Notes: generated from the sequence alone by a model not told the origin. A DNA stretch of 64,000 nucleotides from Paragordius varius (GCA_964247055.1 OZ176053.1:9176001-9240000); one strand, 5' to 3'; positions 24,101 through 39,461 are shown, counted from the stretch's first letter. Translations and numbers: made by a program.

Positions 24101-25468
24101 GATGTTTTCTGACTTCTTTTTCTTCGCGACCAACCATCACACTCTCTCTAGACCGTTTTGGAAACCATGGTCCATTGTTTTTAAGTCTGTGAGCGGATAT
24201 CAGCTTAGATATATCTTGCAGCTCCTTTAATTCATTCCCTTTAGTGGGCGAATAATCATGTGGTTGTTTAGAATTGTCATCCCTTAGATGAGTATTTTTT
24301 AGTGTTTTGTCGTTGTTGTCTATAATAGGAGTTGGGAAAACGTATGATTTTCTACCAGGTGCTGTTCTAATCCGAGTAGATGTTTCTCTGTAATCCCGAT
24401 CCCTAGATATTTTAGTGGATGGTACTGAATTGCTTGTTAACAAAGTTGTTGGAGCCATTGTGGTCATAGGAAATGCATGGGCTTGAAATGGTGACCCATT
24501 GTGGAAGGAAACAATTAGGAAACAGCAACAAACCATAATAACATAAATTTTATGAAGTAACTGACGAGATAATGAGTTATACGTTGGCACAGATAATAAT
24601 TGTTTAATGGTAGTGTTGGAATTTGTCCTGCAATCAAAATGTGTCTCTATATTTTTATTGCGTGATGGAAAGGGTGTCTTTATAAACCAGGGTGATTTGA
24701 TCGTCTTCGTACCATCATAAATATAATCGTAATCCTCCTTTTTAACATTATTTTTATTCTTTTTATTTTTAGAGATTTTTCTGTTGTTACTATTATTTTT
24801 ATTATTATTATGGTTGAATTTCGGTGAACACTGATGTTTTTTCATGTCGTAGTCCCAACGCAACCAGGTGGTGACTCTAATTGAGCTGGCCACAAATCCC
24901 ACACTAAGAATTTAGATGATAAAGATATTAAGTTAAAGAACGGAACAAGGGAAAAAAACAATAAAGTTTAACGGATGTGCATTTTAACAGCGTTAGAATG
25001 GTTTTTGGTATGCCACAAGTCAACAACAAAGGATTTTATTATGATATATGGTTTTGACGTATAAAGGATGTAAAATGGTATAATTCTCATGAGGTTAGTT
25101 ATAAATTCCAACAAATATATTGGACACAAATATTCTTATCAAAATCCAAACTTTTTACGCAACAAAAGATATCATAGCTAATTTTCAACAATTTTCATAA
25201 AACAGAAAAACACACGCATTGACCGTATAAAAGGATATATATAATATTATGAATTAACAAATCTTTTAACTTGTTATCTTGTAATTTCAAAAAAATCCAA
25301 AATATATAGCATATATAAAAATAAGTTATTATTGAAAAATATCATATTTTAAGAAAAAGTATTTAACACATAAATTTAATTAAAAAACGAAAATAATGAT
25401 AATATACTAACTTAGTGTGCTTTATACAATGATAACGACGTTGACGGGGCCAACTTGGACGCAGACAT
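21124..25468 (-). CDS. Jelly-belly/HEN-1-like secreted or membrane-anchored protein with a single C-terminal LDL-receptor class A domain (about 454 aa)
   Basis: Exons 25468-25428, 24903-23789, 23225-23077 and 21183-21124 are phase-compatible; extra small exons may lie in 23300-23730. LDLa-like motif CESKQMFAC…CIDDHNFCDGIYDCPQGEDEDPKSCLF followed by a short helical tail. Hydrophobic segment IYVIMVCCCFLIVSF; furin-type sites RVKR and RSKR. Confidence 0.75.
22728..23017. mobile_element. Degenerate hAT-type MITE in an intron of the LDLa gene
   Basis: GTGTCCAACACG start and internal TGCGGCCC motifs at both ends, as in the other MITEs of this window. TSD not discernible. Confidence 0.5.
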
Positions 25469-28400
25469 TATTCATAAAACTCCATGTCTGATAAAATGTT
25501 TTAGTCATCAGAGTCGGGTTCGAAATAAGATAAAAATCCATTTTTTCAATATTTTATCTCAAAATTATAATCAGTCCAGATAGCATAAAAGTGTTTGAGA
25601 GTATTTTTTTGGGATTGATGTAGATATTTGCTTGAATTTCGAAGGGCAATTAAAAGTTAAATATCTCGCGATTGATATAGGAAGATACAATATTCTTTGA
25701 AAATTCTTTAGCTTATTGTTTTCCAGTGATTCATTCTTTTGGTTGCTGGAATAATTGATTTTATTTTATTCTAAATTGTAATATAATAAAGATATTCGGA
25801 TTTGAATGGATCAAAACAATTAGACTAATATATACATTATTAATATATTTAATTAAATATCATTTATTTTTTCTAATTTTTCATTGTATAAAATCCAACA
25901 ACAGCAGACTTTAAGTATATTTTGCAACATAAATACAAATATAAGGATAAAATATTAATATTATAAATGGGGAATATGAAAAATTATAATTAGGTAAGTA
26001 AATATGTGATGAGACAATGGATATTTTAATTAATATTTATAAAATTATCATATTATATGTATTTAAAAAAAAATAATCTGCATTTTGAATTATATATCGA
26101 AATCTATATTTTAAAAATACCTTACATTAAGAATTTAAAAAAAATGTTATTTTAATATTTTCCAAATTTCTGAAGATATTATTAGATTTATATAGAATAT
26201 GGACAATTTATATATATATATATATATGCCACACTTTCTATCCCCAATTTTCATGTTTAATTTTATTTGAGTACAAGTAAATCAAGTTCAAGAGTCTCCT
26301 CATTTTAGATATTAACGAAAATTGAAGTGCGTTTGTTAGCCAGTAATTTTTTATGGAATTTAATTAGAACTAGGCTTAAGCATTTTTTTAAATATATTTT
26401 TATATATACATATATATATTACCAGGTGTTATGAAAGACAGGAACTCACAGTTAAATTACAAAAAATATCAATTAAAAATTTGCCATTTATTTATTATTA
26501 TATAAGTTTCAATTTTGAAAATAAAATTGATACGAAATCGCAATTCTACCCTCCCTTTCGTAACCAGAAGGTTAAGAAGCATTCTTAAGGGTACATTTGC
26601 GGCAAAAAATATATATATTAACAGAAATAACATGAGGGCTATAAATATTTCAATATCACACAATATTCAGGGTTAAATTACGTAATACTTTGGATATATA
26701 AAGACAAGAGAAAAAAATCAGGTATAATCGCGAAAATATTAGATAATAAAAATGATGGTTTGAAATAGTAATTAATATTTTGGTAAGAAATAAAATTGGC
26801 AGATGTAGTAAATATTTTAATTTTCAATGTGCTTGTGAATGTCTTGAATAGTTTTTCACCAAACATTTTTTTATTAACAATTGGATAAGTGACAGCAGAC
26901 ACTTTTTAACAGATATTTTATGATTGTGTGTTTAAGGAAACGCATATTTTGCACATCGGATACTAATTCTCAACAGTTTAAGGATTCCTTATATATACAA
27001 TTTGATATCATGCCCATTAAAAAGAGTTATTTAAGAATGTTTTGATAATAATATAGAAAAAACCTCAAATAAAATTAACTGAAAATCTAAAAATAAATTG
27101 AATATCCAGCGTAACGAATGATTTAAAATTAAAAAGAAATCAAATATATATTTTAATATTTTACTAATATCTTCAAATAAATAAAATAAATACTTGAATT
27201 AATCTTGAATAGTTTCACCAATATCATATTATAGAGAATAAAAAATGAAATATTTGTACTCAAATAAATTTTTTAATTATTATGGGAATTATCTCTGCAG
27301 TAAATATTTATATTTTTGATGATTCGATATACAATATAACAATTTGTCAAAGCGCAAAGACATACAAGAGATTGAGATGAATGAGTTGTGTAATTAAATG
27401 ACCGCACGACATCCATAAAAAGTTATTTTATTGAACCAACGAAAACAAAACAAACAAAAAACCAAAAAGTCATAAAACATATCATATATTTTATTGAAAA
27501 TTATGGCAATTAGTAAAAGATGTGGTTTTTAATTTGTTTTAAAAACGTGTGTGTATATGATGGTGGGAATGGCTGGACAAAAAAGGATTTTATCAAATAT
27601 ACTGTACAAAAAATAAGGATTTGTCGATGAAAAATATTTATTTTAGTGTTTCGTATCAATAAAATTTGAGAGGTAAAATAGTATACATACCTTTTTTATG
27701 CACCACACATATAAGACCAAGAGATGAAGAATATAAATTTATGGAAAAAAACATAATATAATTTTTTTGCTATATAAAATATCTATTAACACCTTACTAC
27801 TTTTCTTACCTGTTTCTCATATATTTTTACTTTATTTTTTAATAATGTCACTTGCTTTAGCTCTCATAAATATGCAAAAATTTTAGTATAATAGTGAGGA
27901 TATTTTTTTTCATTTTACAAATGGATATAATTTGTTAACTGATACTCTCATACACATATATAAAAGCATGTGCATAAAAGGACTAATGAAATAAAAATAA
28001 ATTATGTAATGAAATATGTAAAAAAAATTTCGTGTCAAACCAAAGTGTATGAAAGAATGCTAATTATATAAATATTGTAATTTGTGTGTCCGTCCATTAA
28101 AGATACATCTTATAAAATGCTATAAAAAGTTTATTTTAAATATTTTTGATGGAATTTTTCAATCATCATTGGTTTCATAACTTTTTGTCAATAATTTTTT
28201 TAAAATTTACCCAAATTTAAGTATATAATAAATATTTTGAACATCATTTAATGTACCTAAATTTTGTAAAAGATAATATTTTATGTACTATATACCCTTT
28301 TTCTATATCTAAATGTTATCGATTTTAGTTAAATTCTAAGTACGTTTAAAAAGTTTTGAAATTTAAACTTTGTAATCTGATAATTGTTAAAATTTATCGG

Positions 28401-31400
28401 CATATTGGCCCTTAATCCTTTTTGAACATAACAACACATAAAAGGTATTAAAATTTATCGACTTGGATATTCGATATTAGATAGGTATTTATTTTATCTA
28501 TTTACGATAAATCATTACAAAATTGGAAACATAAAAACAAAGATAAAATCACAATAATATTATAAATGACCTTCTTATAGACCAAAAACCACTTCCTGAC
28601 AAATAGTTAAATCAAAGCTTTTTCAAGTTAATTAAACTCACTTTTCTTTGTTTATGGTAAGCAGACCGACCGATATATACATAAAAATATTAGATGCATT
28701 GTAAAAAAAGCGTATAAAATGGACATTAGCACTACAAAGGAGGTAAAGTGACTCTTGTAACAATATATAAGTCTTTGTTATGGTAATATAATGCGATATG
28801 TTTTGTTTGGGATATGTAAATTAATTTATAATTTTATTCAGGTATCATAGTGTCCCTCTTCCACATTTTCCCATTTAAATTTACAAAGATTATCATATTT
28901 AGTGATCTTTCAATTATTTTCTATGTGAATACTTTGTTTATGACCGGAGGTTTATCGGATTAATTACAACAGTAAAGTTTTATTAACTTATCATTTCCCA
29001 TAGAATTTATTTTTAGTCGTAATTAAATTTTCACAGAAAGGAATTAATTAATATGATACAAGTATTTATGTCTGCAAATAGAGACGAAAAGCAATTATAT
29101 TATTAATTTTGTATAATTTTTAAAGTTAAAAAAGTCAAAGAATTTAACATACATACAGCACTCTTCTATAAATTTATGGGGAAAAGTAAATTAATAGTGC
29201 ATGTATATAAAATAAATTAGCATAGAATTAAATACTTGATTCTGAATGACAAAGGAAATGAATAGAAGAATTCGAAAATACTTAAATGGCCATTGACCCA
29301 TATTATAGCCATTTTTGATTTTAGGAAATGAAATCCAATCAAATACTAGATAATTAAATCAAAATGCCAAACGATAATTTTTTGAAATAATGTAAGGCAG
29401 ACGATACCTTATATATACCAATTGGATATGTGTCACCATCATATTAGTCATGATAATCAAATAATAGTTGTTGGGTAATGTTTGAACTAAGGATTAGTTA
29501 TACATGTATGACGCATTTTCAACGAATACTTTTGCATGGGATACTTTATGGCTCATTGTGTGGATAGGGCTGCAAACATGCAATGGTTAATTAACGACAA
29601 CATGGATTTATTATGCAAATTTCGCTCGGTTAGATTCTATATATTGAAATAAAATTGAACTTTTAGCCAAAAAATGAACAGGTTTGTAATTAAATCATTA
29701 TTAACATATCTAATGTTAGGTTGTTCCAAATTAAATTGTGTCTATATTCAAAATGTACAGTATAAATTATCGGCGCAAATTTATTTTATTGTGATTAATG
29801 TTATCCGTCTGAGCAGTCGGTACAAATAGAAACGAAAAGCCATAAATCTCTATCCGCAGCATATTCTATTTTTAATAATTTAGTTTTCATTATTTTTAGA
29901 CGTCCTTGACCAAATTTACCTTTTACAATACAATTGTTTGCTGATTTAGCATACTTCGTATCGCATTCTTATATATGTCCCAACCGGATTTTTTCCTTCA
30001 TTGTTTTCGCCTTAATACCAGTGCTACCCCGCGTATAAACATTTTAATTTTGTATTTTTACTCTCATTATTTTAAGCATTCTCATTTCTTACATATAAAT
30101 GCATTTTTCAGCCTTTTTTATGGCTCATATTTGGGAGTTAAACATGAGCGAAATAGACAGCCATGTCTTTTAAAACTTAATTATATTTTCACATGATTAA
30201 GTATTTTTAAATAGGTTATATATTTACAATAGCATTGATAAAAAATCTGTTATACCCATTGATTTTGGGCTACTTAATTTAAAATGGATTATAAATTGAG
30301 CATGTCAAAATTATTATTATATACATATTTAATACCTGTTTAAATTACGGCTTATTATTATTTTAAAATTATTAGTACGAGTTAGATGATACTACAATAC
30401 CTGTAGTATAATAATTATAATCTTCGGACCAATGCAAAACATATTTAAATTTATACACGGTGCGCTCAAAAAATGTTATAAAAGATATAAAATATTCTCA
30501 GGAACCAAAAATATATTACAAATATTATAAATAATAATTGGGATAAAAGTATTAAAATTACGTTTAAATCACACAGCCCACGTATCTACATCTGCCCAAA
30601 CTATTTAACCGAGCTTTAAGATCAGGAAAAATCAGTCCCTATTTAATAATGTTTTCTATTATTTGTAATTTTCCCGAATACAAATAGGTGCTATATGGCG
30701 CAGCTTATTTAAGCGATATTATATATGTAGGGGCACGTTCAAAATTAGTTAATATAATTTTTATCACAATATGATACAAATGACATTTTCTCTATAATAC
30801 AAAAAACATATTAATATAATATGTCAAACAATAAATATCAAACGACAGGGCTAAGGACCTCCCAGTCGGCGAATTCATATGCATTTTAACAAATGTGTCA
30901 TAAACATGGGCCCTAAGTGTGGTAAAAATATAACTCATGTTTATTAACAATTAGGAATGTACAATAACCTTGAGTAAAATTCTCAAACATAGAGTATACT
31001 ATTTAAATATTTTTGTAAATATATGTTTTATAATGTACATTTTATTTTTTAAAAAAAAATGCCAAGATCTATAATTAGAATATGAGAACAATGATAATAA
31101 TATGGAAGCCACTTTTATACGAGAATATTTAAATTATTTGTTACAAAAAATATTTTTTACCTGTGTGCATTATAAAATATATTTAACATATATGATATGT
31201 TAAATATATTTACCATTTACAATATTAGGCAGGTAATGATAAATTGTTTTGATATTATGATAAAAAAGAAAGCATACCATTTAACACAAATATTAACGCA
31301 TAATTTGGACACAACATATGATACCTTAACAAAAATATTTCAAATATTTTACATTGTCTTCCCTTATTTGTTATATCAGTTATACAAGTGCATAAAAAAT

Positions 31401-33001
31401 TATTTTATATATAAAATTCTTAATTAATTGATTAAAATATGTTAAGTTGTTTCGTGAAAATATAGCACATATTATTAATTACGAGGGACTTTAAGAAAGT
31501 TATACAAATATCCAGCTAAGTGAAATTGGATGTGATATACTTTAGTTGAATGTCATATAACTAGAATAAGAGAGCGACCATTTTTAGCCTGGAATAATAT
31601 GAAGACCACAAAATACGATATAACCTTTTAGAAAATTAAAGTTTTGGTACTAACTCACAATTTCATATTTTTCTCTATAGGCACTAAAAGTTTTTTATAT
31701 GCATAATGTGGTTTAATTGTTAAAACATCATATATATTTTACATAAGGGCCAATTGTTTAGCTGTGCTTATATTAAATAGTCTGTGGATTATTCTGGAAA
31801 AAAAATCAATGATGCGGTTTTTTGGTTAATAATAACCAATATTTAATTGTCATATTTTTTGAAAATATAACGTTAACTTGGCTCATATCGTTAATAAGTT
31901 TATATGTTTTTTTGAAATGAAAATTAAGGTTTGTATTTAAGCATAGTTTGCCAACACAAAGGATTTGGAATATGATTTTATTTGGATACGTATATAATTC
32001 ATGTCTAAAAAATATTTTAGTATTGTATATATGTAAGGATTTTTGAGCACATTTTATATATAAAAATGTATCTTTTTAATATATACTTATTTTTACAATG
32101 CATATTACTAACATTTTAAAGATGAGAATTAGGATGCTAAATTTAAACTTGTTTAATTTCTCAAAATTCAGAAAAACATTATAAGATATTTATTTTATTT
32201 GTACTTACTACACACGGGCCCGGGAAAGACCAAAGGGATATATACATATATATAAATATTTTTAATTAAATATTTTTCTATTTTATGTAAGTTATAAAGT
32301 TTTAAATTAAAAATAAACTAAATATTTGGTATCATACTTGCTTCAAAGTGAAAAATAAAATATAAAAATTAATTATTCATACCTAGGGGCATGATGGGTT
32401 TGGAAATCAGTATTTTATAGTTTTTAAATATTTATAAAGTTAACAGAGAAAATTTATAACATGACGGTAATTTTATTTAATGTAAGGAATTAAAAATGGA
32501 GAATTTAAAATTCTGATCAACTTTGAGTTTTTGGTATAGTATAACTGGCAGCTTTAAATGCTAACCGACGCTTTTCAAGCACATAAAGCGTTGTTTTCTC
32601 ATATTATTTGGTACAATTTAATTAGGGTATAGATTTTGTATTTATGAATAATTATTACGGTTAAATAAACGGAACCAAATAGATGACGATGTCAAATAAT
32701 GTTGAGTATATAAATTTTAAAAACGACTTTTATTTTTAAAAAAATATAAATATTGCGTATTGTGTTAAACAAGTTATAACTGCATTCATAATAAGGAAGG
32801 GTAAAATTGATAAATCAATTTTGAAAAGTAATAGCAGTTATTACAATAATAATTTATTATGATTAACTTAAAATATATGGGCTGAATGAATTAAAAAACT
32901 AGATTTTTTAAAAAATAAAAAAATGCTTTATATTTGCATAAATTAAAGTTATCTGTTTACATCAAATTTTATATAACCAAAATTTAATATATGTTCTATA
33001 T

Positions 33002-35692
33002 CAGGGGTGGCCAACGAGGTGACCGCGGTCACTTTCGTGACCGCGACAACTCAAAAAGTGACCGCCTGAAAATATTTTTTTTAAAAAATTTTATTGATTT
33101 TTTTTCGGATAGTTGGCTACTTCTGAGCGAAAAATTTAAAATACAAAAAAATACGGTTTAAATTAAAAAAACGTCTAAGAAAAGGGTGTAAAAAAATTAT
33201 TTTATTAATTATAATTCATATGTTTTGGGGCATTTGCATTAAAACTTAAAATCAGTCATTTTCCTTGAATATATCAAAACTTTGAGCAAAGCTTATTCAT
33301 AAATCAGAAGCATAATCGTGAAGTTAGATTTGATTTGATATACCAAAAGTAGGTTTTTAAAACTTATATTTTAGAATGAGCCAAAAAAAGTTGTACAGAT
33401 ACAAGAAAGATTGGGAGCATGAATACTTTTTTATTATGATAAATGAAACATGCACCTGTCTAATATGCAATAGTACTGTTGCTTTGCCCAAAAAGTCAAA
33501 TATTGAAAGACATTATAGATCTCTGCATCCACATTACTCCAAAAACTACCCCTTACAAACTCAAGAACGCAACATTAAAGTAAAGGAATTAAAAGAACAA
33601 TTATCCGCCTCACAAAATAGCATACTTAAATACAACAAAGACTATAAAAATGCTACGATTGCTTCATTCAAGGTAGCGGAAATACTCATTCGTAACAATA
33701 AGCCATTCCAAGATGGTGAAATATTTAAAGAAGCCTTTATTAGCGCTTGTGATATTTTATTTGAAAATTTTGATAACAAAAATAATATTATGACAGCTAT
33801 TAAAAGCATAAGCTTATCGAGAAATACCGTTATGCGCAGGGCTGAAGATATTAGTAATAATCTTGATGAAATTTTACATGAAAATATTAATAACTGTATT
33901 TTTTTTCCTTGCAGATGAGTCCACCGATTATGTTGGAATCGCCCAATTATGCATTTTTATTCGTATGATATTTAGTGATTTATCTGCAAAGGAGGAATTA
34001 TTAACTATAATACCTCTCCACGAACGAACCAGAGGGCAGGATATTTTTGATTCTTTTTATAAATTTATCACAGATACGAAACTTCCCATCGTAAAACTCG
34101 CATCTATAACTACTGATGGAGCTCCAGCTATGATTGGCGTTAACAACGGCTTTATCGCTTTAAATAAAAATCACAGTGCATTTCCCAAGTTCATTGATTA
34201 CCATTGTATAATCCATAATCAAGTTTTATGTTCAAAAGTTTTAAAATACCATCATGTAATAAACCCCTGTTTTAAAATTGTTAACGCCATTCGAACAAAA
34301 AGCTTGTCCCGCCGCCAATTTCGAATTTTGTTAAATGAGTGCGGCGTGGAATATGGAGAACTTTTATTACATACTGATGTAAGGTGGTTGAGTCGTGCCG
34401 CATTTTTAATTAGATTTAGGCAACTTTTACCACAAATAGAAATTTTTTTAGAGAATTCTAAATTTTCATACCCTGAATTGAAAGATCAAGATTGGCTGCT
34501 TGATCTTGTATTTTTATGCGATATCACGGAAAAATTGCATAAATTAAACATCCAATTACAAGGAAAAGATAAAACAATAATGGATATGATGGGTGCTTTA
34601 AAATCTTTTAAGGAAACACTAACAGTAGTAGAAACACAATTAAAAAACCGAGATTTAAAACATTTTTTTAATCTGGCAGCGGTGTCTGAAAAAATAGATA
34701 ATCTCTCTTTTAAAAAATATGCAGATGATGTTGGTCTGCTTATTAATGATTTTGAAAAACGATTTTCATCTATAAATAAACTTGAAGACATCGCTATTTT
34801 TTTATCATGCCCATGTAATAATAATAATAATGTTGAATATATTGCTCAAAAACTCAGCCACTTTCTTGGTGTACCAAATTTAGCAGAGTTGGAAGAGGAA
34901 TTAATAAATGTTAAATGCGATATCCATCTAAAATCATTAGGATCAGATATATATAAATTTATAAATAAAGATAAATACCCCCATATTTGGAAAACCGCTG
35001 CATTATTCAATCTTTTTTTGGATCCACATATTTATGTGAATCGGCTTTTTCAATTATGAATGCTATCAAAACTAAACAGAGGTCACAATTAACTAATAAA
35101 CATTTAGAATCATGTTTGAGAATTGCTTTGACTTCATTTGAACCTAATTTAGATAAACTTTCTGAATTTTTTCGCAGTCGGGCGTTTTAAATATTTTTTT
35201 CTTTATTAAATATGGATGTTTATCGAGTTGTATTTTCGCTTATATGTGGATAGAATTAAAACTGATACAATTTTAATGTACTCTTATTTATGTTCAAATT
35301 ATGGTTCTAAATTGGAATGCTATTTTTTATTTCTTTTATTTTTTGTATCATAATGTATTCTCCCCTGTAATTTCAAATGCATTGTTTAAATTTTTATATT
35401 GTAAAACTTCATATAATAGAAATTTAATAAATAAATATTTTGAAGTGTTTTATGTTGGTTAAAAAATTAAGGTAGTTAATAACCCGTTGTCTTTTAATTA
35501 AAATTATTTTTGTATTTGGTTGATAGATAAAATATTTACAATTTTAAAATGGTTTAAACAAGTCACTCTTATCTGTAAAGCAGGTATATACAATTTAATT
35601 TTTTTGATAAATATTTCTGGGTGACCGCGAACTCTTTTTTTAACAAAAAAGCCAAAAAAAAGCTCGCGACAAAAAAAGTGTGGCCACCCCTG
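33002..35692 (+). mobile_element. Full-length hAT transposon (Buster/Charlie/SPIN group), 2691 bp
   Basis: TIRs CAGGGGTGGCCAAC / GTGTGGCCACCCCTG; perfect 8-bp TSD TTCTATAT (32994-33001 and 35693-35700); sub-terminal GTGACCGC repeats. Confidence 0.97.
33376..35190 (+). pseudogene. hAT transposase (GTF2IRD2/ZBED-like family) broken by two frameshifts
   Basis: Three overlapping ORFs (33376-33918, 33863-35059, 34987-35190) carry an N-terminal CLIC…RHY zinc finger, DESTD, TTDGA, CIIH, VRWLSR and FGSTYLCESAFS. Confidence 0.93.
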
Positions 35693-38600
35693 TTCTATAT
35701 AGTCTTTTAATTTTATCAAATAAAACAAATAAGGTTGAATCTGACCCGTTGAAATTGTTTCCCGTGCCCTTGAACGCGCTTTTAATAATAATCAGTCCAT
35801 TCAAACATATGTTTTTCATATCATCACATACCAAAAAATATGGTTTCGATCGATCAAAAATCAAATTATAATGTAACTTTTGTTCTAAAACTTAAAAATA
35901 AAAATAATTTGTTTATAAGGTCTATTAAAATTCCTAAAGCCTATTTATTGTCACTTGTGATTGTAAATAACCCCTAACAGCAAAAATACATTTTGGGATT
36001 TCCCCCTCCCACCATTCATTAGATATATAAATTATAATACTAGAGGTATTTTTTCTAAAAAATCATTATTAATAATATAAATATATATTAAACGAAATTT
36101 TTTTACATATGTATTACAGTTGATATGTGAGAAACTATCAAAATCCCTTTTATGAACTGTTGATTTAATCAATAATTATGGACATGATTAGATATAATTG
36201 ATAAATAATTTATCCTATTTAATCAAACTTTGGTTATTTGGACCTAAAAGCGAGATGATGGATTCAATCACAATTTAAATTGTTTTACAAATATACATTT
36301 TCATGCATGAATATTATTTAGAATATTTAAACATGGAAAACATTGGGGTGTCAATGGCGTTATAAGGTTTATGAAAAAAATGAATAAGATTTGATGATTA
36401 TACATTGAGGCACAAAAAATTAAGGGGTAAGGTAAATTTCTTCTCTAACTTGAACTTTGGAAATAATCTAATATTTTTTATTCGCTTTAAAAACTCTAAA
36501 TGCTAATAGTGTTAATGGCCAAAAATACTCGATATTATAATTAAATTTAATTAAATTTTTCGGCGTTAAATATTTACAGGGAATTAATTTTTTGTATGAA
36601 ATTATACGATAATATGAGTTTTTTAACCTTTTTATATTTATAAAATTTCCACCTTTTCCACTACCGACACTAATAAAAATAATTCCGTTCATCAATTTAT
36701 AAATATATATATAAACTGTAGTTTAATCCAAACTGTGGTTGGATATGATATAGTAGCAATAAAAAATAATTAAAATCTAGTTTTTTGAAATATCTGAAAC
36801 AAAACCTTTGTGAAAGGTAACACAAAAATATTTTTAATGATTTTCCTCCCCTCTTTTCGATTTGGATTTATAAATTAAAAATTCATTAATAAAATATATA
36901 TTTTAATTTTAATTATTATATAATTTTTTGCAGTAAAAAATATTTAAATTTTTATGGCATTTCACAGGTACGTGCCAAATACTTTGTATGAGAAAATTTT
37001 AATTTAGAATATAAATTTAATTAGCAAATGAAATATTGCCTTTCAAATCCTCTAATAAATATAAGAATATATTCAAGAAACTTTTGTACTAAATATTTTA
37101 TAAAAATATTATCGCATAAAATCATTGCTGCTGATAGTTAAAAAAATATAAATAAAAACTGATATTATTAAATATAAAATAGTACATTTTAAAAATAAAA
37201 TTTTACGGAATAATTTAATATAGCCCCTCATTTGCAATATCATTTTATTATATAAATCTTGATCTTAGGTTAGTGTCAATTAGGTTTAAAGAGGATTATC
37301 AGTTTAATACCTTATTTTTGCTTTAAAAAAATAATAATGGCTTAATGGTTCTGATTGTGCCTCACAATTTAAGTAACTGTCTTTATTATATGATTTGCCA
37401 ATGTAATAGGGTAACATGGGAACTTCAGGTTTTGAAATACATGGTTAAATATACAAAAATCAAACAAATTTGTATCAAATGTTGGATTTATAAATGCATA
37501 ATGACTTATTAGATTCAATATGAAGATTTGACAAATAAATAGAGGTTTGCTATAGGAATTAATACCGGTCTAAATATAACTTTACAAAGTTGATAATCAG
37601 GTAATTTTTATGTTAAAAGTAAACATCATTTGAGTTTTTTTGTTTGAATGAAATTCCACAAGCATTATTAATAACTTTTAGGAATGTTTTTATAATATCG
37701 AAGGTAATATAAATTAGGGAATTAAAAATATTTAAAAGTACAGTGCCCTCCCCCTACAATGATTATTCAAACTGTATGACAGGCTTATTATCCGCATCAT
37801 TATCATTTTTAAAGCTTAAATCTTTAAAAAAAGCCGAAATATTAATAATTAATTTTTCATTCTTTTAAACCTTCCTAGCACGTTTGAGGGATGCACATTA
37901 TTTTGTCTCTCAAAACAATTCTTATTTATCATGCAAGATGAAAATTTAATGGAATCCTGTTTTATTGGAAAAAGCTGATTATGAGGGTGAAGGATATTGC
38001 TGAGAATAGTAAATTACAAAGTAAAAAAAACAAGGGACCACGCTAAACACTAAAAATATTTTGCACTTTTCTTAATATAATATCTTTCAGAAGAGCGGGT
38101 GTGTTTTAAAAATAATATTAACTAAATATTACAGAAATTGGGTATAAACAAATTTCAAGGGCATTTTAATAAAACTTCTTATATAAAATCTAATTGCAAT
38201 AATTTGTTACCTTTTTGTAGTTGCAATGAATAATGGATGATTTTTCGTAATTCGATTCCATAAACTGCTTTGAAAATATATTTAAATTAGATTTGAATTG
38301 GAAATATATAGTATTTTAATTAGTGATTAGATAAAATTAATTTAAAAATGCATAGGTGGTATAAAAAGTCAAAAATATTTTAATAATAATTACATAAACT
38401 ATTCGTTCATATAAATTATATTTTTCGCAGCTGATTAATACATAATATAACAACAATAATATTTTTATAATATATGCATTTATTAAGAAAAATATTTTTA
38501 TATATTCTTACCTTTATTACATAAAAATAAGTATTGTTTTTAGTTTAATATTGTTTAATTTTTTTATATAAAGCATTGTTACGACTTGTCTATGAATATC

Positions 38601-39427
38601 TGATTTAAATAATTGGTTAAATTATAATTATGATAAATAATCATTGTAAGCAAGGTGGTCAAATTTATGGATATATAAATATAAACAGGTATTTTTATAA
38701 TTAATATAAGTTATATAATTTCTTGGTTAATTAATAGAGTTGATTACTAAATACATACCTTGCCAATCGTTTAGAATAAAAAAACAAAACTATTTAAAAG
38801 GTTTAAAACATTTATTTTTATAAATACTCATACAATGGACACGAGTCATCATATTTCAATAGTGTAATATGTATAATAATTAATTTATATGACTTTATAA
38901 TTATAATCATCAAAGAATGAATGTGATCCAAGTTTTTTAGGTCACTTTAATAATAAATTTTGGTAAAGGAAAAATAAAAATATTTTACGAGAACTGTTAT
39001 TGGCTATTTTAAATTGCTAAAACGGGTTTAAATTTACTCATCTATGATATTTTTCGATTTTATTAGTTATATTTTCAAAAATTATGGCGAAAAAATAGTG
39101 TGGTCGATTAAATACTTAACTAGTATAATGAAAAATATTATACATGGTAACAGACATGGGAAATAATTCCATATTAGCCAAGTAAATCCTGGTCAATAAT
39201 AACTCTCATTAATGAAATGGACCACAAAAAAACCTTTATACGGGATAGTTTTAATCAGGTATTTTCCTAACAAGATTATATAAAAATATTTTTAATTAAA
39301 TAAATTTATTCATATAATTGCACATTTTATTATTTTTATTTAAGAGTATAATTGAATAAATTTTTTTAATAATCAATCTTCATTAGAGACGGTTTATAGG
39401 ATAGATACTTAATTAGTATTTTATTGC

Positions 39428-39461
<34 letters not shown>

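Noticed and set aside
25500-25530. tRNA B-box-like GGTTCGAA
   Set aside because: No cloverleaf or properly spaced A-box; no tRNA, rRNA or snRNA gene was recognised anywhere in the window.
28791-28986. Hydrophobic frame joinable by 26- and 23-nt GT-AG gaps
   Set aside because: The product is under 50 aa with no family signal; AT-rich DNA gives F/I/L-rich frames and such gaps by chance.
29330-29600. Exon-like, slightly GC-richer stretch (LYMYDAFSTNTFAWDTLWLIVW)
   Set aside because: No phase-compatible neighbours; stops in all joined frames.
34486-35871. Antisense and terminal ORFs in the hAT element
   Set aside because: Shadows of the transposase frame, or non-coding TIR and flank sequence.
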